Shown piece by piece: positions 21,069-42,357 of a stretch of 64,000 nt of DNA. The notes below the pieces were generated by a model. That model saw only the letters and a program-made list of their open reading frames with translations, did not search any database and was not told the DNA's origin. The DNA is from Escherichia coli (GTDB taxonomy: Bacteria > Pseudomonadota > Gammaproteobacteria > Enterobacterales > Enterobacteriaceae): assembly GCF_024223415.1 (NCBI RefSeq), contig NZ_CP100500.1, one strand, 5' to 3'. The position numbers and the translations under genes were made by a program. Numbering within the stretch: position 1 is the stretch's first letter; each line of letters starts with the position of its first letter.

Positions 21069-21144
21069 TGGCTCCTCTGACTGGACTCGAACCAGTGACA
21101 TACGGATTAACAGTCCGCCGTTCTACCGACTGAACTACAGAGGA
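21069..21144 (-). tRNA. asnU: tRNA-Asn (GUU)
   Basis: Identical sequence to asnV. Confidence 0.95.
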
Positions 21145-21304
21145 ATCGCTGTTGAGGCACATCTTAACGGCGAAAAATCTTTTGTCAAACCCGATTTTTA
21201 ATTTTCCCAACTGTTTGCCGTTTCTATCAACAGTTTGTTGCATTTGCAGACAATTTGTTGGCGAAAATCTTTGCAGCTTTGCTGATTCTCCCTCATTATT
21301 TGAA

Positions 21305-22792
21305 ATGTGGTTTCACTTTCTGCAATTAAGGTCGGCTTTGAATATCTCCTCTGCTTTACGCCAGGTTGTTCACGGCACTCGCTGGCACGCTAAACGCAAG
21401 AGCTACAAAGTGTTGTTCTGGCGCGAGATAACCCCGCTTGCTGTTCCTATCTTCATGGAGAATGCCTGTGTCCTGTTGATGGGGGTTCTGAGCACTTTTC
21501 TGGTCAGCTGGCTGGGAAAAGATGCGATGGCCGGCGTGGGATTGGCGGACAGCTTCAATATGGTCATTATGGCTTTTTTTGCTGCTATCGATCTTGGTAC
21601 TACTGTCGTTGTGGCATTTAGTCTCGGTAAGCGGGATCGACGACGAGCGAGGGTGGCGACGCGGCAGTCATTGGTGATCATGACGTTGTTTGCCGTACTG
21701 TTGGCAACGATTATTCATCATTTTGGCGAGCAAATTATTGATTTTGTCGCGGGTGATGCCACGACAGAAGTTAAAGCACTGGCGTTGACTTATCTGGAGC
21801 TGACGGTACTCAGTTATCCAGCAGCTGCCATCACTTTGATTGGTAGCGGGGCACTTCGTGGTGCAGGGAATACGAAAATACCGCTACTGATTAACGGTAG
21901 CCTGAATATTCTTAATATTATTATTAGCGGCATATTGATTTACGGCCTTTTCTCCTGGCCGGGACTGGGATTTGTCGGGGCTGGGTTGGGGTTAACCATT
22001 TCTCGTTATATTGGCGCAGTGGCAATTTTGTGGGTGCTGGCGATTGGTTTTAATCCTGCGCTAAGGATTTCGTTAAAGAGCTATTTTAAACCGCTGAATT
22101 TTAGCATTATCTGGGAAGTCATGGGGATTGGTATTCCCGCGAGTGTCGAATCAGTGTTATTTACCAGTGGTCGGTTATTAACCCAAATGTTCGTTGCCGG
22201 GATGGGGACCAGTGTTATTGCCGGAAATTTTATCGCGTTTTCAATTGCGGCTCTTATCAACTTACCCGGAAGTGCGCTCGGCTCTGCTTCTACGATCATT
22301 ACAGGCCGAAGGTTGGGTGTAGGACAGATAGCGCAAGCAGAGATTCAGTTGCGGCATGTGTTCTGGCTTTCCACTCTTGGATTAACGGCCATCGCCTGGC
22401 TAACGGCTCCCTTTGCCGGGGTTATGGCATCGTTTTACACCCAGGATCCACAGGTTAAACATGTCGTTGTGATTCTGATTTGGCTAAATGCTTTATTTAT
22501 GCCTATTTGGTCTGCCTCATGGGTGCTACCCGCTGGATTTAAGGGTGCTCGCGATGCACGTTACGCCATGTGGGTTTCTATGTTGAGCATGTGGGGTTGC
22601 CGGGTTGTAGTCGGTTATGTGCTGGGAATCATGCTTGGCTGGGGTGTGGTTGGTGTCTGGATGGGAATGTTTGCCGACTGGGCTGTGCGGGCCGTGCTGT
22701 TTTACTGGCGAATGGTTACTGGACGTTGGCTGTGGAAATATCCTCGACCTGAGCCGCAAAAGTGTGAAAAAAAGCCAGTTGTGTCGGAATAA
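21305..22792 (+). CDS. yeeO: MATE-family efflux transporter
   Basis: 12-TM MATE-like protein; start placed at the internal Met giving 495 aa (the ORF track extends further upstream to 21152). Confidence 0.85.
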   Translation: MWFHFLQLRSALNISSALRQVVHGTRWHAKRKSYKVLFWREITPLAVPIFMENACVLLMGVLSTFLVSWLGKDAMAGVGLADSFNMVIMAFFAAIDLGTTVVVAFSLGKRDRRRARVATRQSLVIMTLFAVLLATIIHHFGEQIIDFVAGDATTEVKALALTYLELTVLSYPAAAITLIGSGALRGAGNTKIPLLINGSLNILNIIISGILIYGLFSWPGLGFVGAGLGLTISRYIGAVAILWVLAIGFNPALRISLKSYFKPLNFSIIWEVMGIGIPASVESVLFTSGRLLTQMFVAGMGTSVIAGNFIAFSIAALINLPGSALGSASTIITGRRLGVGQIAQAEIQLRHVFWLSTLGLTAIAWLTAPFAGVMASFYTQDPQVKHVVVILIWLNALFMPIWSASWVLPAGFKGARDARYAMWVSMLSMWGCRVVVGYVLGIMLGWGVVGVWMGMFADWAVRAVLFYWRMVTGRWLWKYPRPEPQKCEKKPVVSE

Positions 22793-22892
22793 ACGACAAA
22801 GTGCAGATTATTTCAGCAAACGATTTCAAATTTAAAAAACAGGCTTTGACATTGTGGATGAGCGTCGCTAATATTCGCCTCGTTCTCACGAT

Positions 22893-22968
22893 TCCTCTGT
22901 AGTTCAGTCGGTAGAACGGCGGACTGTTAATCCGTATGTCACTGGTTCGAGTCCAGTCAGAGGAGCCA
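22893..22968 (+). tRNA. asnW: tRNA-Asn (GUU)
   Basis: TCCTCTGTAGTTCAGTCGGTAGAACGGCGGACTGTTAATCCGTATGTCACTGGTTCGAGTCCAGTCAGAGGAGCCA. Confidence 0.95.
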
Positions 22969-23029
22969 AATTTTAGTTTTGAGATATCTCTATAAGTCTC
23001 AAAACAGTTAAAAAATAAAAATTATTTTT

Positions 23030-23067
23030 ACCCGGCCGCTTTGTAAAAAAAAGTGGCCGGGTTTTTT
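23030..23067 (+). terminator. Rho-independent terminator downstream of asnW
   Basis: acccggccgctttgtaaaaaaaagtggccgggtttttt. Confidence 0.6.
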
Positions 23068-23423
23068 GATTTCTGTGTTTCGTGCGCTTAATCGAGTCTC
23101 ACGCTTCAGTGAGCAAATTGCCCCTCCCCAACAGACATCACGATTCACAGGGTCAAAAATTCTGTTCCATGAAGTACCGTACAAAGATAAAGAGAAAAAT
23201 GCCTTATGCGGGATGTAGCTGTCGCGTCTTTATCGGGAAACTATACGTAATTGCCACTTTGTCTTCGGTAATCAGAAAAAGAAGACCTGGAATTTTAATA
23301 AATATTATTTCTCTGGGGGCGGTATTTTTATAATCAATATGACGAGTTGAACATTATATTTATTATAAGAATTATATGAAATTAAAGAAATCTGCCATAA
23401 AGACAGATTTCTTTAAAATATAA

Positions 23424-24140
23424 TTAGAGATTTGCGACGTTATGATAAACTTTTTGAACATCGTCGTCATCTTCAAGGGCATCAACAAGCCCTTCAAAGA
23501 TTTCTAAATCTTCTGGGGAAAGCTCAACTTCAGATTGAGCAATCATTTCTAATTCTGTTGTTGAGAACTCAGTGATTCCAGCAGCTTTTAGAGCCGCGAT
23601 TCCTTTATGAAGGTCAGTAGGTTCAGTATAAATAACAATATTACCTTCTTCTTCAGTTACATCACGAACATCAACTTCAGCTTCAAGTAAAATTTCAAAA
23701 ATATGGTCAGGGTCTGTTCCTTTAAATACAATCACACCCGTATTGTCAAACATATAGCTGACAGAACCTGCCGCTCCGATATTGCCGCCTTTTTTATTGA
23801 AAATTGTGCGAACGTTAGCAATCGTACGGTTAACATTTGAAGTCAAGGTCTCGGCGATAATCATTGAGCCATTAGGACCAAAGCCTTCATAACGGCCCTG
23901 CACGAACGTTTCATCTCCGCCGCCTTTGGCTTTATCAATTGCTTTATCAATAACATGCTTTGGAACTTGTGCCTGCTTTGCTCGTTCAATAACGAATTTT
24001 AAAGATGTGTTTAATTCTGGATCGGGTTCACCTTGTTTGGCAGCAGCATAGATTTCTACACCGAATTTTGCATAAATTTTAGACGTCGCACCGTCTTTAG
24101 CCGTTTTTTTAGCAACAATATTGGCCCATTTACGTCCCAC
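23424..24140 (-). CDS. yeeN: YebC/PmpR-family probable transcriptional regulator
   Basis: 238 aa, [27 protein letters not shown]. Confidence 0.9.
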
Positions 24141-24481
24141 TGGAATGATCTCCTCGAAAATTTATTTACATTACTGGTAAATCGTTAACATGTGTTAATT
24201 CGGCATATTATATCATAACAGGAAAAATCTCGTCTATTAGAAATAAAAATATTCTAAATCCATAATCTTATATTTAATCTCATAAAAACTAATGTTGTTG
24301 GCGGATTTTTTTATAATTGTGTTTTGAAAGCATACTTGCTTTTAATATGTGGAAATCATTAAGGCTATAATAAAACTCGCATCTGCCCAAGGAAGCAAAC
24401 AGCCTGCTTTATTGCAGGCTATTTGCTGGATGACTTACTAAATCCTTCACATCTATTCCTGATAAAAAGGAACAGAACTTA

Positions 24482-25936
24482 TTACCGGAACGGCGGTTCA
24501 TTAAAGGTTCGTAATTTACGTGAATGCAGTCGGTCGCCTTCTGCGCGCAGCAAATCGATCGCCCGAATGCCAATTTGCAGGTGTTCGGAAATAGCGCCTT
24601 CATAAAAACGGTTAGCCTGACCGGGAAGTTTAATCTCACCATGCAACGGTTTATCTGAAACACACAGTAGTGTCCCGTATGGCACGCGGAAACGATATCC
24701 TTGCGCGGCAATGGTTGCACTTTCCATATCAATTGCTACGGCCCGGCTTAAGTTAAAACGAAGTGCAGAAGCTGAGTAACGTAATTCCCAGTTCCTGTCA
24801 TCTGTGGTTACCACAGTGCCAGTACGTAGCCGCTGTTTAACTTCCTCACCGGGCCTGCCGCTGACTAACTTGGTAGCGTCATAAAGCGCACGTTGCACTT
24901 CAGCAATGCTCGGAATAGGAATATCGGGCGGCAGTACCGCATCAAGAACGTGGTCATCGCGTAAATAAGCGTGTGCAAGTACATAATCTCCAATGGCCTG
25001 GCTTTCACGTAAGCCACCACAGTGACCAATCATCAACCAGACATCCGGGCGTAGTACTGCCAGATGATCGCAGATGGTTTTAGCATTTGACGGTCCCACG
25101 CCAATATTCACCAGAGTAATACCCTGACCATCGGCGGTAATTAAATGCCATGCTGGCATCTGGTGTTTTTTCCATGCAAGGTCGGAAATGGCTTCTTCTG
25201 GCGCTTCGGTTTCGGCGGTGATCCAGTTCCCGCCAGCACAAGAAAGGGCAATGTAGGGACTATCAGGATCGAGGATCTGGCTGCATCCCCAACGAACGAA
25301 TTCATCCACATAACGTGTGTAGTTGGTAAACAAGACGAACGGCTGAAAATGTTCAACTGGCGTACCGGTATAATGGCGCAACCGCGCGAGGGAAAAATCG
25401 ACGCGGCGCGCATCAAAATGCGATAGCGGGGAGAATTCCGTTGGATGATAAATGCCGTCTGCAGTTTCATCGCCAATTTGCGCCAGTTCTGTTGTCGGGA
25501 AGTAGCGAGTTAACCCAGCGCTCATTGAGCGATCAAGGGTCAATTCTGAGCCATCGATGACATAAGGATAAGGGATTTCATGCTGCGAGGGTTGCACCGA
25601 GATATGCGCACCATAATCCTGATACAGCAACGTAAGTTGTTCATTGAGATACGAACGAAAGAGAGTAGGGCGAGTAATCGTGGTGGTGTAGCTGCCTGCG
25701 TGGGTAAAACGACCAAATGCGCGCGTTTTGGGGGGATTGGTTGTGCTACCGTCCCAGGTTACGGTCAGTGATGGATAGACAAAAAGACCTTGTTTGCGGG
25801 CGTTTTCATCAGGTAATTCGCCACTTTTAATATATTTGCCAATGGCGTTGCGTAAAGCGACTACAGATTGCTCATACAGCGCGTCGAGTTTATCCAGTGC
25901 CTGAGCTGGGGTCAGACCGGAGCCCTTATTATTCAT
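24482..25936 (-). CDS. amn: AMP nucleosidase
   Basis: 484 aa from the internal Met MNNKGSGLTPAQALDKL. Confidence 0.9.
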   Translation of the reverse strand: MNNKGSGLTPAQALDKLDALYEQSVVALRNAIGKYIKSGELPDENARKQGLFVYPSLTVTWDGSTTNPPKTRAFGRFTHAGSYTTTITRPTLFRSYLNEQLTLLYQDYGAHISVQPSQHEIPYPYVIDGSELTLDRSMSAGLTRYFPTTELAQIGDETADGIYHPTEFSPLSHFDARRVDFSLARLRHYTGTPVEHFQPFVLFTNYTRYVDEFVRWGCSQILDPDSPYIALSCAGGNWITAETEAPEEAISDLAWKKHQMPAWHLITADGQGITLVNIGVGPSNAKTICDHLAVLRPDVWLMIGHCGGLRESQAIGDYVLAHAYLRDDHVLDAVLPPDIPIPSIAEVQRALYDATKLVSGRPGEEVKQRLRTGTVVTTDDRNWELRYSASALRFNLSRAVAIDMESATIAAQGYRFRVPYGTLLCVSDKPLHGEIKLPGQANRFYEGAISEHLQIGIRAIDLLRAEGDRLHSRKLRTFNEPPFR

Positions 25937-26037
25937 GTGTGTCTCCTGTTCCATACAATTACCGCACATCCGATAGTATGTCACAGGAATGTGAAACAAA
26001 AGTGTAAGGCGAAGATCGGATGATCTTCGCCAGGCTA

Positions 26038-27354
26038 TTAAGCGCGTTGATTGTCTTTCATCAACAAAGCGGTCATTGCGGAAATCAGGCATCCAGCCAG
26101 CAAATAAATGGCGACGCTATGCCAGTTCCCCGCAAAGTAAGTGATGAGTGCAGCGGCAATGAAAGGTGTAAATCCACCGCCAACCACACTGGCAACCTGA
26201 TATCCGACTCCAGCGCCACTATAGCGATAACTGGCACCAAACATTTCGGTAAACATCGGTTGTTGTACACACACCACCATGTCATGCGCAATGTTTGCCA
26301 GCATTATGGAGAAGAAAACTATCCAGAAAATAGATTGTGCTTCAAGCGCCATAAAGAAAGGAAATGCGCTCAACGTTCCGATTAACGCACCTGTGATATA
26401 AACCCTGCGGCGACCAAAACGATCGGCAAGCCAGGCAAAACAGGGAATTGTCAGGCAGCTTAATCCACCTACCAGCAAACCAATATTGAGGAAAAGTTCG
26501 CGCGGTAACCCCATATTCTGGGTTGAATAATTAAGTGCGAAGGCGGTAACGATGTACATCGTCAGCAACTCGCACAGTCGTAGCGCAATAATCTTCAGGA
26601 AAGCACCGGGATGTCGTAATAGTGCTTCGATAACCGGGATGCGTTTTTTCGCGGCCGCTTGATTATGTTGCTGTTGTTCAAATTCCGCGGACTCCTCCAT
26701 GCCATTACGCACCCACAATGCTCCCAGTACCAGTACGATGCTAAACAGGAAAGGAATGCGCCAGCCCCAGCTTAAAAACTGTTCGTCAGTCGTCATCATA
26801 CTGATCAATGAAACCAGTCCGGTTGAAAGCAGTAAACCTACACCGTAGCCAACTTGTACACCGCTACTGTAAAAGGCTTTTTTATTTTTCGGAGCACTTT
26901 CAACGGAAAGCAACGCTGCGCCTCCCCATTCGCCGCCGACGGCAAATCCCTGAATGGCACGCAGCGTCACCAGTAAAATGGGGGCCCACCACCCAATGGT
27001 CGAGAAGGAAGGAAGAATACCAATCAAGGCTGTCGCGATACCCATCATCCAGACGGTCAGCATTAACATGCGTTTACGTCCCAGTCGGTCGCCAAAGTGA
27101 CCGAAAATGACACCGCCGAGCGGACGGAACAGGAATCCGACACCAAAGGTGGCAAATGCGGCGAGCGTTCCCATAGCAGGGCTTACTTGCGGGAAAAACT
27201 CGCGATTAAACACCAGTGCGGCGGTAATGCCATAGAGTAAAAAATCATACCAGTCGACGACGGCACCAGCGAAACTGCCTAACGCAGCTCGTCGGGCGCG
27301 ACTTAACGAAAGCGTCCCTTCATCGGGACGAGTGGAGATGAGCGTGGAGTCCAT
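26038..27354 (-). CDS. shiA: shikimate:H+ symporter (MFS)
   Basis: 438-aa MFS transporter in the expected position. Confidence 0.9.
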   Translation of the reverse strand: MDSTLISTRPDEGTLSLSRARRAALGSFAGAVVDWYDFLLYGITAALVFNREFFPQVSPAMGTLAAFATFGVGFLFRPLGGVIFGHFGDRLGRKRMLMLTVWMMGIATALIGILPSFSTIGWWAPILLVTLRAIQGFAVGGEWGGAALLSVESAPKNKKAFYSSGVQVGYGVGLLLSTGLVSLISMMTTDEQFLSWGWRIPFLFSIVLVLGALWVRNGMEESAEFEQQQHNQAAAKKRIPVIEALLRHPGAFLKIIALRLCELLTMYIVTAFALNYSTQNMGLPRELFLNIGLLVGGLSCLTIPCFAWLADRFGRRRVYITGALIGTLSAFPFFMALEAQSIFWIVFFSIMLANIAHDMVVCVQQPMFTEMFGASYRYSGAGVGYQVASVVGGGFTPFIAAALITYFAGNWHSVAIYLLAGCLISAMTALLMKDNQRA

Positions 27355-27596
27355 AATGATCCTGTTTGTACTGTCTTTTTATAATTAGTATGGAAAAGGT
27401 AACTCACATTGCCGTCGATCTATAAACGAACCTTATGAGACTACCTCGACAGAGCGCATCTGCAAATGATTTTATGGCTGATTAACGGCAACATGAAAAA
27501 TTCGATGGAAGATGAAAGCGCAGGAGTTGCATAAGGATTAAGCAGGGCACCTACAGTTTTGAGATATGAAACATAAAAGTCCGCATATGCACAAAA

Positions 27597-28712
27597 TTGC
27601 CCCCTGATGATTCTGATAGACTGCATTGCATTATAACCAGTAGGGAGGCGAGGTTAATTATGTTTTTAGCATCATTGTTGAGACGTATTGCATTTAGTTA
27701 CTACGATTATAAAGCTTATAATTTCAATATTGAAAAAACAGACTTTGTTGTTATCCATATTCCCGATCAAATTGGCGATGCTATGGCCATCTTTCCAGTT
27801 ATTCGGGCGCTTGAAATGCATAAAATTAAGCGTCTTTTAATTGTTACTTCGACAATTAATTTAGAAGTCTTTAATACGCTCAAACTTGAACAGACTAAAT
27901 TAACATTAGTCACAATGACTATGCAGGATCACGCAACATTAAAAGAAATAAAAGATTTAGCGAAGAACATAACACAGCAATACGGTACGCCGGATCTTTG
28001 TATAGAGGCGATGCGTAAAAAGAACCTGAAAACGATGTTATTTATCAGTCAGTTGAAAGCAAAAACGAATTTTCAGGTAGTCGGTTTAACCATGCAGTGC
28101 TATTCCCCTTTGTGTAAGAACGCGTCCCGGATGGATCAGCATCTCAGGGCTCCCGTACCCATGACATGGGCATTTATGATGCGTGAGGCGGGTTTTCCAG
28201 CAGTCAGGCCAATATATGAATTGCCATTAAGCGAGGATGTACTCGATGAGGTGCGCGAGCAAATGCGATCGTTAGGATCTTACATTGCGCTTAATTTAGA
28301 AGGTAGCTCGCAGGAGCGTACATTTTCATTATCGATTGCAGAAAATCTAATAGCAAAAATTCAAAGTGAAACAGATATGCCAATAGTGATCGTTCATGGA
28401 CCCAAAGGGGAAGATAAAGCCAGGGTATTAGTGGATTGTTATAATAATGTCTTCCGTTTATCCTTATCATCCTCGATTAAACGTTCGGCAGCAATCATAA
28501 AAGATGCTTATATCGCAATAACTCCTGACACCTCAATATTACATATGGCAAGTGCCTATAATACCCCCGTTGTTGCAATTTATGCTGATTACAAAACGCG
28601 ATGGCCCGCAATGGCCGATGTCTCGGAGTCAGTCGTCGTTGGACAAAAAATTGACAATATAAGTCTGGATGAATTCGCAAAGGCATTAAAAAGTGTTTTG
28701 TCGAGAATATGA
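27597..28712 (+). CDS. yeeL: glycosyltransferase family 9 (heptosyltransferase-like) protein; apparently intact here
   Basis: Continuous 371-aa ORF (start uncertain, possibly internal Met); position between shiA and yeeJ. Confidence 0.65.
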   Translation: MPPDDSDRLHCIITSREARLIMFLASLLRRIAFSYYDYKAYNFNIEKTDFVVIHIPDQIGDAMAIFPVIRALEMHKIKRLLIVTSTINLEVFNTLKLEQTKLTLVTMTMQDHATLKEIKDLAKNITQQYGTPDLCIEAMRKKNLKTMLFISQLKAKTNFQVVGLTMQCYSPLCKNASRMDQHLRAPVPMTWAFMMREAGFPAVRPIYELPLSEDVLDEVREQMRSLGSYIALNLEGSSQERTFSLSIAENLIAKIQSETDMPIVIVHGPKGEDKARVLVDCYNNVFRLSLSSSIKRSAAIIKDAYIAITPDTSILHMASAYNTPVVAIYADYKTRWPAMADVSESVVVGQKIDNISLDEFAKALKSVLSRI

Positions 28713-28971
28713 GGAGTACTTATGCATAGTAGTACCGAACTGTTATGAACGGTGGTGTCATCAATACTCTGAGGCTGGTCAATCATCACAGAAAGCCAGC
28801 CTTTGGATCAAAGCAATACTCACCAAATACGATCATAGTCACACCGAACGCGATTCAGGTGGTGCCGTATTGTTATTTATTCATTTTCTTTGAGAGAGGG
28901 CAAGCTCTATAGTGGGAATGTAAAAAAGAGTGCCCCGAATGGAGCACTCTTTAAGAAATTATAGCGGAAAA

Positions 28972-37638
<8,667 letters not shown>

Positions 37639-37875
37639 TATGATTGAAAATTAATAACTTTTCGTTAAGCAGTTTTGGGTGTGAGTTGCAAGAGGGGAGA
37701 CTACTGAATTACTCAAGTTTTGTAATCGAGGGGAAAATGGTGATGGCGTTCATAGCAAAACGCCCTCAACCATAAAGGTCGAGGGCGCTTAAGATGTCAA
37801 AAACCCGCTATCCGTTAAAAAGCAATGCTCAACTAAGGTCAGTGACATTGCGCTAAAAAGCGAATTTTTAGAATT

Positions 37876-37951
37876 TGGCTCCTCTGACTGGACTCGAACC
37901 AGTGACATACGGATTAACAGTCCGCCGTTCTACCGACTGAACTACAGAGGA
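37876..37951 (-). tRNA. asnT: tRNA-Asn (GUU)
   Basis: Identical to asnV/asnU. Confidence 0.95.
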
Positions 37952-38051
37952 ATCGTGAGAACGGGGCGCATATTACTTAGCGGTACCTTGTCTGTCAACA
38001 CTAAATTTCATAAGTCATTTCAATTGGTTAATTAATCCGCAAAGTTGTTAA

Positions 38052-38849
38052 TTAATGAACATTCGTCGCCGAAAACGAGTCTGTATCATTAGCGTGATGC
38101 AGTCTCTGCAAAGGATCTTGTTGATAAAATTGGCAGAAACGTTGCCACAATGAAGGGAAACGAGGAGCAAAAAGTTCTGGGGCGCTAAAGAAATATTCAG
38201 AAAGTACGGCAAAACACTCAGCAGGATCACTGGCAGCATAAGCATCGATGCTCGCCGCATTCTCGCCAACTAATTCGATTTCTTCCTGAATGTTGTTCAT
38301 TGCAGCATGAAGATCGTGTTCCCAGCCAGCAACCTCACGCAACGGAATAAAGGGAACTCCGCTGGCGCGATCGCCGTTACGGGTGTCCAGCTTATGAGCG
38401 ACTTCATGAATAATCAGGTTAAAACCAGAAGCATCAAAAGAATCTTGTATATCCAACCAGTTCAAAACGATAGGCCCTTGCTGCCAGCTCTGACCTGACT
38501 GAACAATACGTTGGTTATGCACCAGACCGATATCGTCTTCCCATTCGTCATCGACCACAAATGGCGCAGGATAAATTAAGACTTCATGAAAACCATCCAG
38601 CCATTCCAGTCCTAACTCCAGAACGGGCAGGCAAAATAGAAGTGCTATCCGGCAGCTTCTTAATGAATCCAGTTCAAAGTCCTGTAAAGGAACAAGCCGC
38701 TTTTGCTGTAAAAAACGTTCGGCAAGAGTGACTAATTTGCTTTGTTCCTGTTCCGTCAGACACGTTAAAAGGGGGATCGATAGTGCTTCCTGCCAGGGAA
38801 GGGCAGTTTGATGTGCTGATTCTTGTACTTTCCAGGGCCACTTAATCAT
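38052..38849 (-). CDS. mtfA: Mlc titration factor A (zinc-dependent peptidase-like)
   Basis: 265 aa from [19 protein letters not shown] motif. Confidence 0.9.
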   Translation of the reverse strand: MIKWPWKVQESAHQTALPWQEALSIPLLTCLTEQEQSKLVTLAERFLQQKRLVPLQDFELDSLRSCRIALLFCLPVLELGLEWLDGFHEVLIYPAPFVVDDEWEDDIGLVHNQRIVQSGQSWQQGPIVLNWLDIQDSFDASGFNLIIHEVAHKLDTRNGDRASGVPFIPLREVAGWEHDLHAAMNNIQEEIELVGENAASIDAYAASDPAECFAVLSEYFFSAPELFAPRFPSLWQRFCQFYQQDPLQRLHHANDTDSFSATNVH

Positions 38850-38942
38850 CGTTTTGCTCGCAAACTCGTCACTTGAACAAAATTGCACGGACAGGGACTG
38901 TTAAAATGCCAAATTTCCTGGCATCATGGCAACCATCTGAAC

Positions 38943-39032
38943 GGAGAGATGCCGGAGCGGCTGAACGGACCGGTCTCGAAAACCGGAGTAGGGGCAACTC
39001 TACCGGGGGTTCAAATCCCCCTCTCTCCGCCA
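38943..39032 (+). tRNA. serU: tRNA-Ser (CGA)
   Basis: GGAGAGATGCCGGAGCGGCTGAACGGACCGGTCTCGAAAACCGG...CTCTCCGCCA, long variable arm, anticodon CGA. Confidence 0.9.
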
Positions 39033-39701
39033 CTTTATCAATGACTTATCTCCCGACTTACCGCCTTGCTTTTCCTAAACAGAACAATCGTAGAATATTC
39101 TTGAAGGGTTAGATCGTCACTGTTTTCTGTTCGATACTGTGACATTCAGCACTTGATTCGCTATGGATCTGACAGGAAGGTTTCGAGCGAAAATCTGCAG
39201 TTATTCAGTCGTTTTCTTATCGGTCACCATTATTCTTTTAGACATTGATCCTACGAAGCTGCCGCAAAGTTGGTGGTGGGAACTGAAGTTGCGTAGAGAA
39301 GGGGTCAATAATTGAGCCAAAAAAGGAACGCGGCCGTCAGATTAAAGCCGCGGGACAAAGTCCATAATTTCCAAGAGTTGTTGAATTTCCCAGCTTTTTT
39401 GAAAGCCTTTGTATCATACTAACAAGTAAAAAAGGTTTAAATACCAAAATTAACCTATATTTCTGGTTAGCTTTACCATGACAGATGACTTGCTCCTGGA
39501 GACATTGGCGCTGCCAGTCTGTATTGGTGAGTTGTGTATTTATTGTTCGCCGCTTTCTCGGTTTTTTTCTACAGACATAATAAAAAAGACACGTCTCAAG
39601 CATGAGCGTGTCTGAGTTTGTTTTATTTATTTGTCTTGGTAAATTATTGTCGTTACTACCAGGCACTGTTCTGTTAAATAATTGAAGTCAGCGCAAAAAA
39701 A

Positions 39702-40352
39702 TCAATGAGACATCATCTCCTCGACCACTTCTTCGCTACTCAACTGATAGGGATAATACGTTGGCCAGTTTTCCATTTCATTCAATAAAGATTGCTGTGA
39801 ATCATTACCCATAAAAATGTGAAAATGAGATGATTTTCGTGGTGCAATTATATGATCGCTAAATTGAATATATTTAGGGGCTTTGCTTTCAGGATCTTTA
39901 CATTCGAATAAGTAACGAACGCCTTTCTTGCCTGATTTATAGGTGAGTATTTTGTATCCCTCGTAATCATATTTACAGGATGTTGTTTCATTATTTCTAT
40001 GGAATTCAACAATGCCGTCCTCAATGCCAATCATCTCGATATCTGTCGCATAACCTTTGTGATAATAATCTTTAATTTCAGCAAATGTTTTAGTTTTATC
40101 TGCATCCGCTTTCTTCTGAAAGACGGGATCAAGTTTGCCACTTTGCAGTAAAGGATAAACGGATTGCCAGACTCCATCCCAGTCACTGAGCGTTCGATTT
40201 TGTACATTGGCATCATCAAAAACACCATTAGCAGCTTTTTGTTCGATCTCTGTTAAAGGTTTGCCGTGTGAGTGATGACCATGCGAAAAGGCAGGAGCGC
40301 TAACAATAAAGACGCCTAAAGCAACAGCCAGTTTATGAAGACGAATCGCCAA
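39702..40352 (-). CDS. zinT: zinc/cadmium-binding periplasmic protein
   Basis: 216 aa, His-rich N-terminus [12 protein letters not shown]. Confidence 0.9.
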   Translation of the reverse strand: MAIRLHKLAVALGVFIVSAPAFSHGHHSHGKPLTEIEQKAANGVFDDANVQNRTLSDWDGVWQSVYPLLQSGKLDPVFQKKADADKTKTFAEIKDYYHKGYATDIEMIGIEDGIVEFHRNNETTSCKYDYEGYKILTYKSGKKGVRYLFECKDPESKAPKYIQFSDHIIAPRKSSHFHIFMGNDSQQSLLNEMENWPTYYPYQLSSEEVVEEMMSH

Positions 40353-40385
40353 AACAGTTTCCTCCAGAGTTATTGTACATGATGT

Positions 40386-40408
40386 GTTATGTTATATTGT
40401 AACATATG
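40386..40408. promoter_or_regulatory. Zur-box-like palindrome upstream of zinT
   Basis: tgttatgttatattgtaacata (ATGTTA-N5-TAACAT) about 35-55 bp upstream of the zinT ATG. Confidence 0.5.
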
Positions 40409-40545
40409 GCGAAATGCAATAACTCTTAGAAAACGAGAGCATAGTTTTCTCAGGTGTATTTACCTATCTTATTGAAATAAAATAAATTATGTCGATGATT
40501 TGAGGTTGATGACAAACGAAACATAACCTGATGCGATCTGTGTGG

Positions 40546-40575
40546 GCCGGATAAGGCGCTCGCGCCGCATCCGGC
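40546..40575. repeat. REP (repetitive extragenic palindrome) element
   Basis: gccggataaggcgctcgcgccgcatccggc. Confidence 0.6.
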
Positions 40576-40608
40576 AGGGATAACGCGTACTTTGTCGGCA
40601 ATATGAAG

Positions 40609-41244
40609 TTATAGAGATAATTTGTTGTGAACCTGCTTGCGTAACCGGTTGAAAAAGGAAAGCAACTTCTTATACCGTAAGGCTAAAAGCAGTACCGCCA
40701 GCCCAGCGTAGATGAGCGGCTGCGGTGAAATAATCTTCACTGACCACAGATAATGTATTGGGGCCAGGATCGCGACAAGATAGACGAAATTATGCAACTG
40801 TTGCCAGTGCTTGCCGAGTTTTCGCTGCATCGCCTGGGTTGAAGTAAACGCTAAAGCAAGCAAAATAACCCAGCTGATAATTCCTAACGTTAAATAAGGC
40901 CGGGTAATTAACTCCTTACCTAATAACGCCAGATTATTCACGCCCAGCTCCAGCAATGCGTAACTGGTTAAATGCAGTGTCGCCCAGGCAAAGCACCATA
41001 AGCCTAACAGGCGGCGAGTGCGTATCAATAACGGCTGTTTTGCGTAGCGTGCCAGAGGTGTGATTAACAAGGTCGCCAGCAAAAATTTCAGTGCAGTGCG
41101 ACCGGTAAAATGCTGAATATCTTTCACTGGATCGGCACCCAGTCCACCGTGATTGATCGCCCAGACCAGCCAGAGAAACGGCAACAATCCGGCAAGATGC
41201 AGGCAAACTTTCAGCCATGTCACCTGTTTTGCTGTCAGACGCAT
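40609..41244 (-). CDS. msrQ: methionine sulfoxide reductase haem-binding membrane subunit
   Basis: 211-aa polytopic membrane protein immediately downstream of msrP. Confidence 0.9.
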   Translation of the reverse strand: MRLTAKQVTWLKVCLHLAGLLPFLWLVWAINHGGLGADPVKDIQHFTGRTALKFLLATLLITPLARYAKQPLLIRTRRLLGLWCFAWATLHLTSYALLELGVNNLALLGKELITRPYLTLGIISWVILLALAFTSTQAMQRKLGKHWQQLHNFVYLVAILAPIHYLWSVKIISPQPLIYAGLAVLLLALRYKKLLSFFNRLRKQVHNKLSL

Positions 41245-42255
<1,011 letters not shown>

Positions 42256-42357
42256 TCACACTTTTTTGTCGTTAGCCAGCAAGAGCCGTTTACTGTTAAT
42301 CTGTCAGGGAGTCACCTCCCTAACAGTAGCAGAGATCTGCTTTTATATATTTATGCA

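Noticed and set aside
21152-21304. N-terminal 51-aa extension of the yeeO ORF
   Set aside because: The extension is Cys-rich and non-membrane-like; the internal Met gives the 495-aa MATE protein
25141-25476. ORFs on both strands inside amn
   Set aside because: Overlap a confidently assigned gene; no independent signals
38873-39112. 79-aa ORF overlapping serU
   Set aside because: It reads through a tRNA-Ser gene; the tRNA is the real feature
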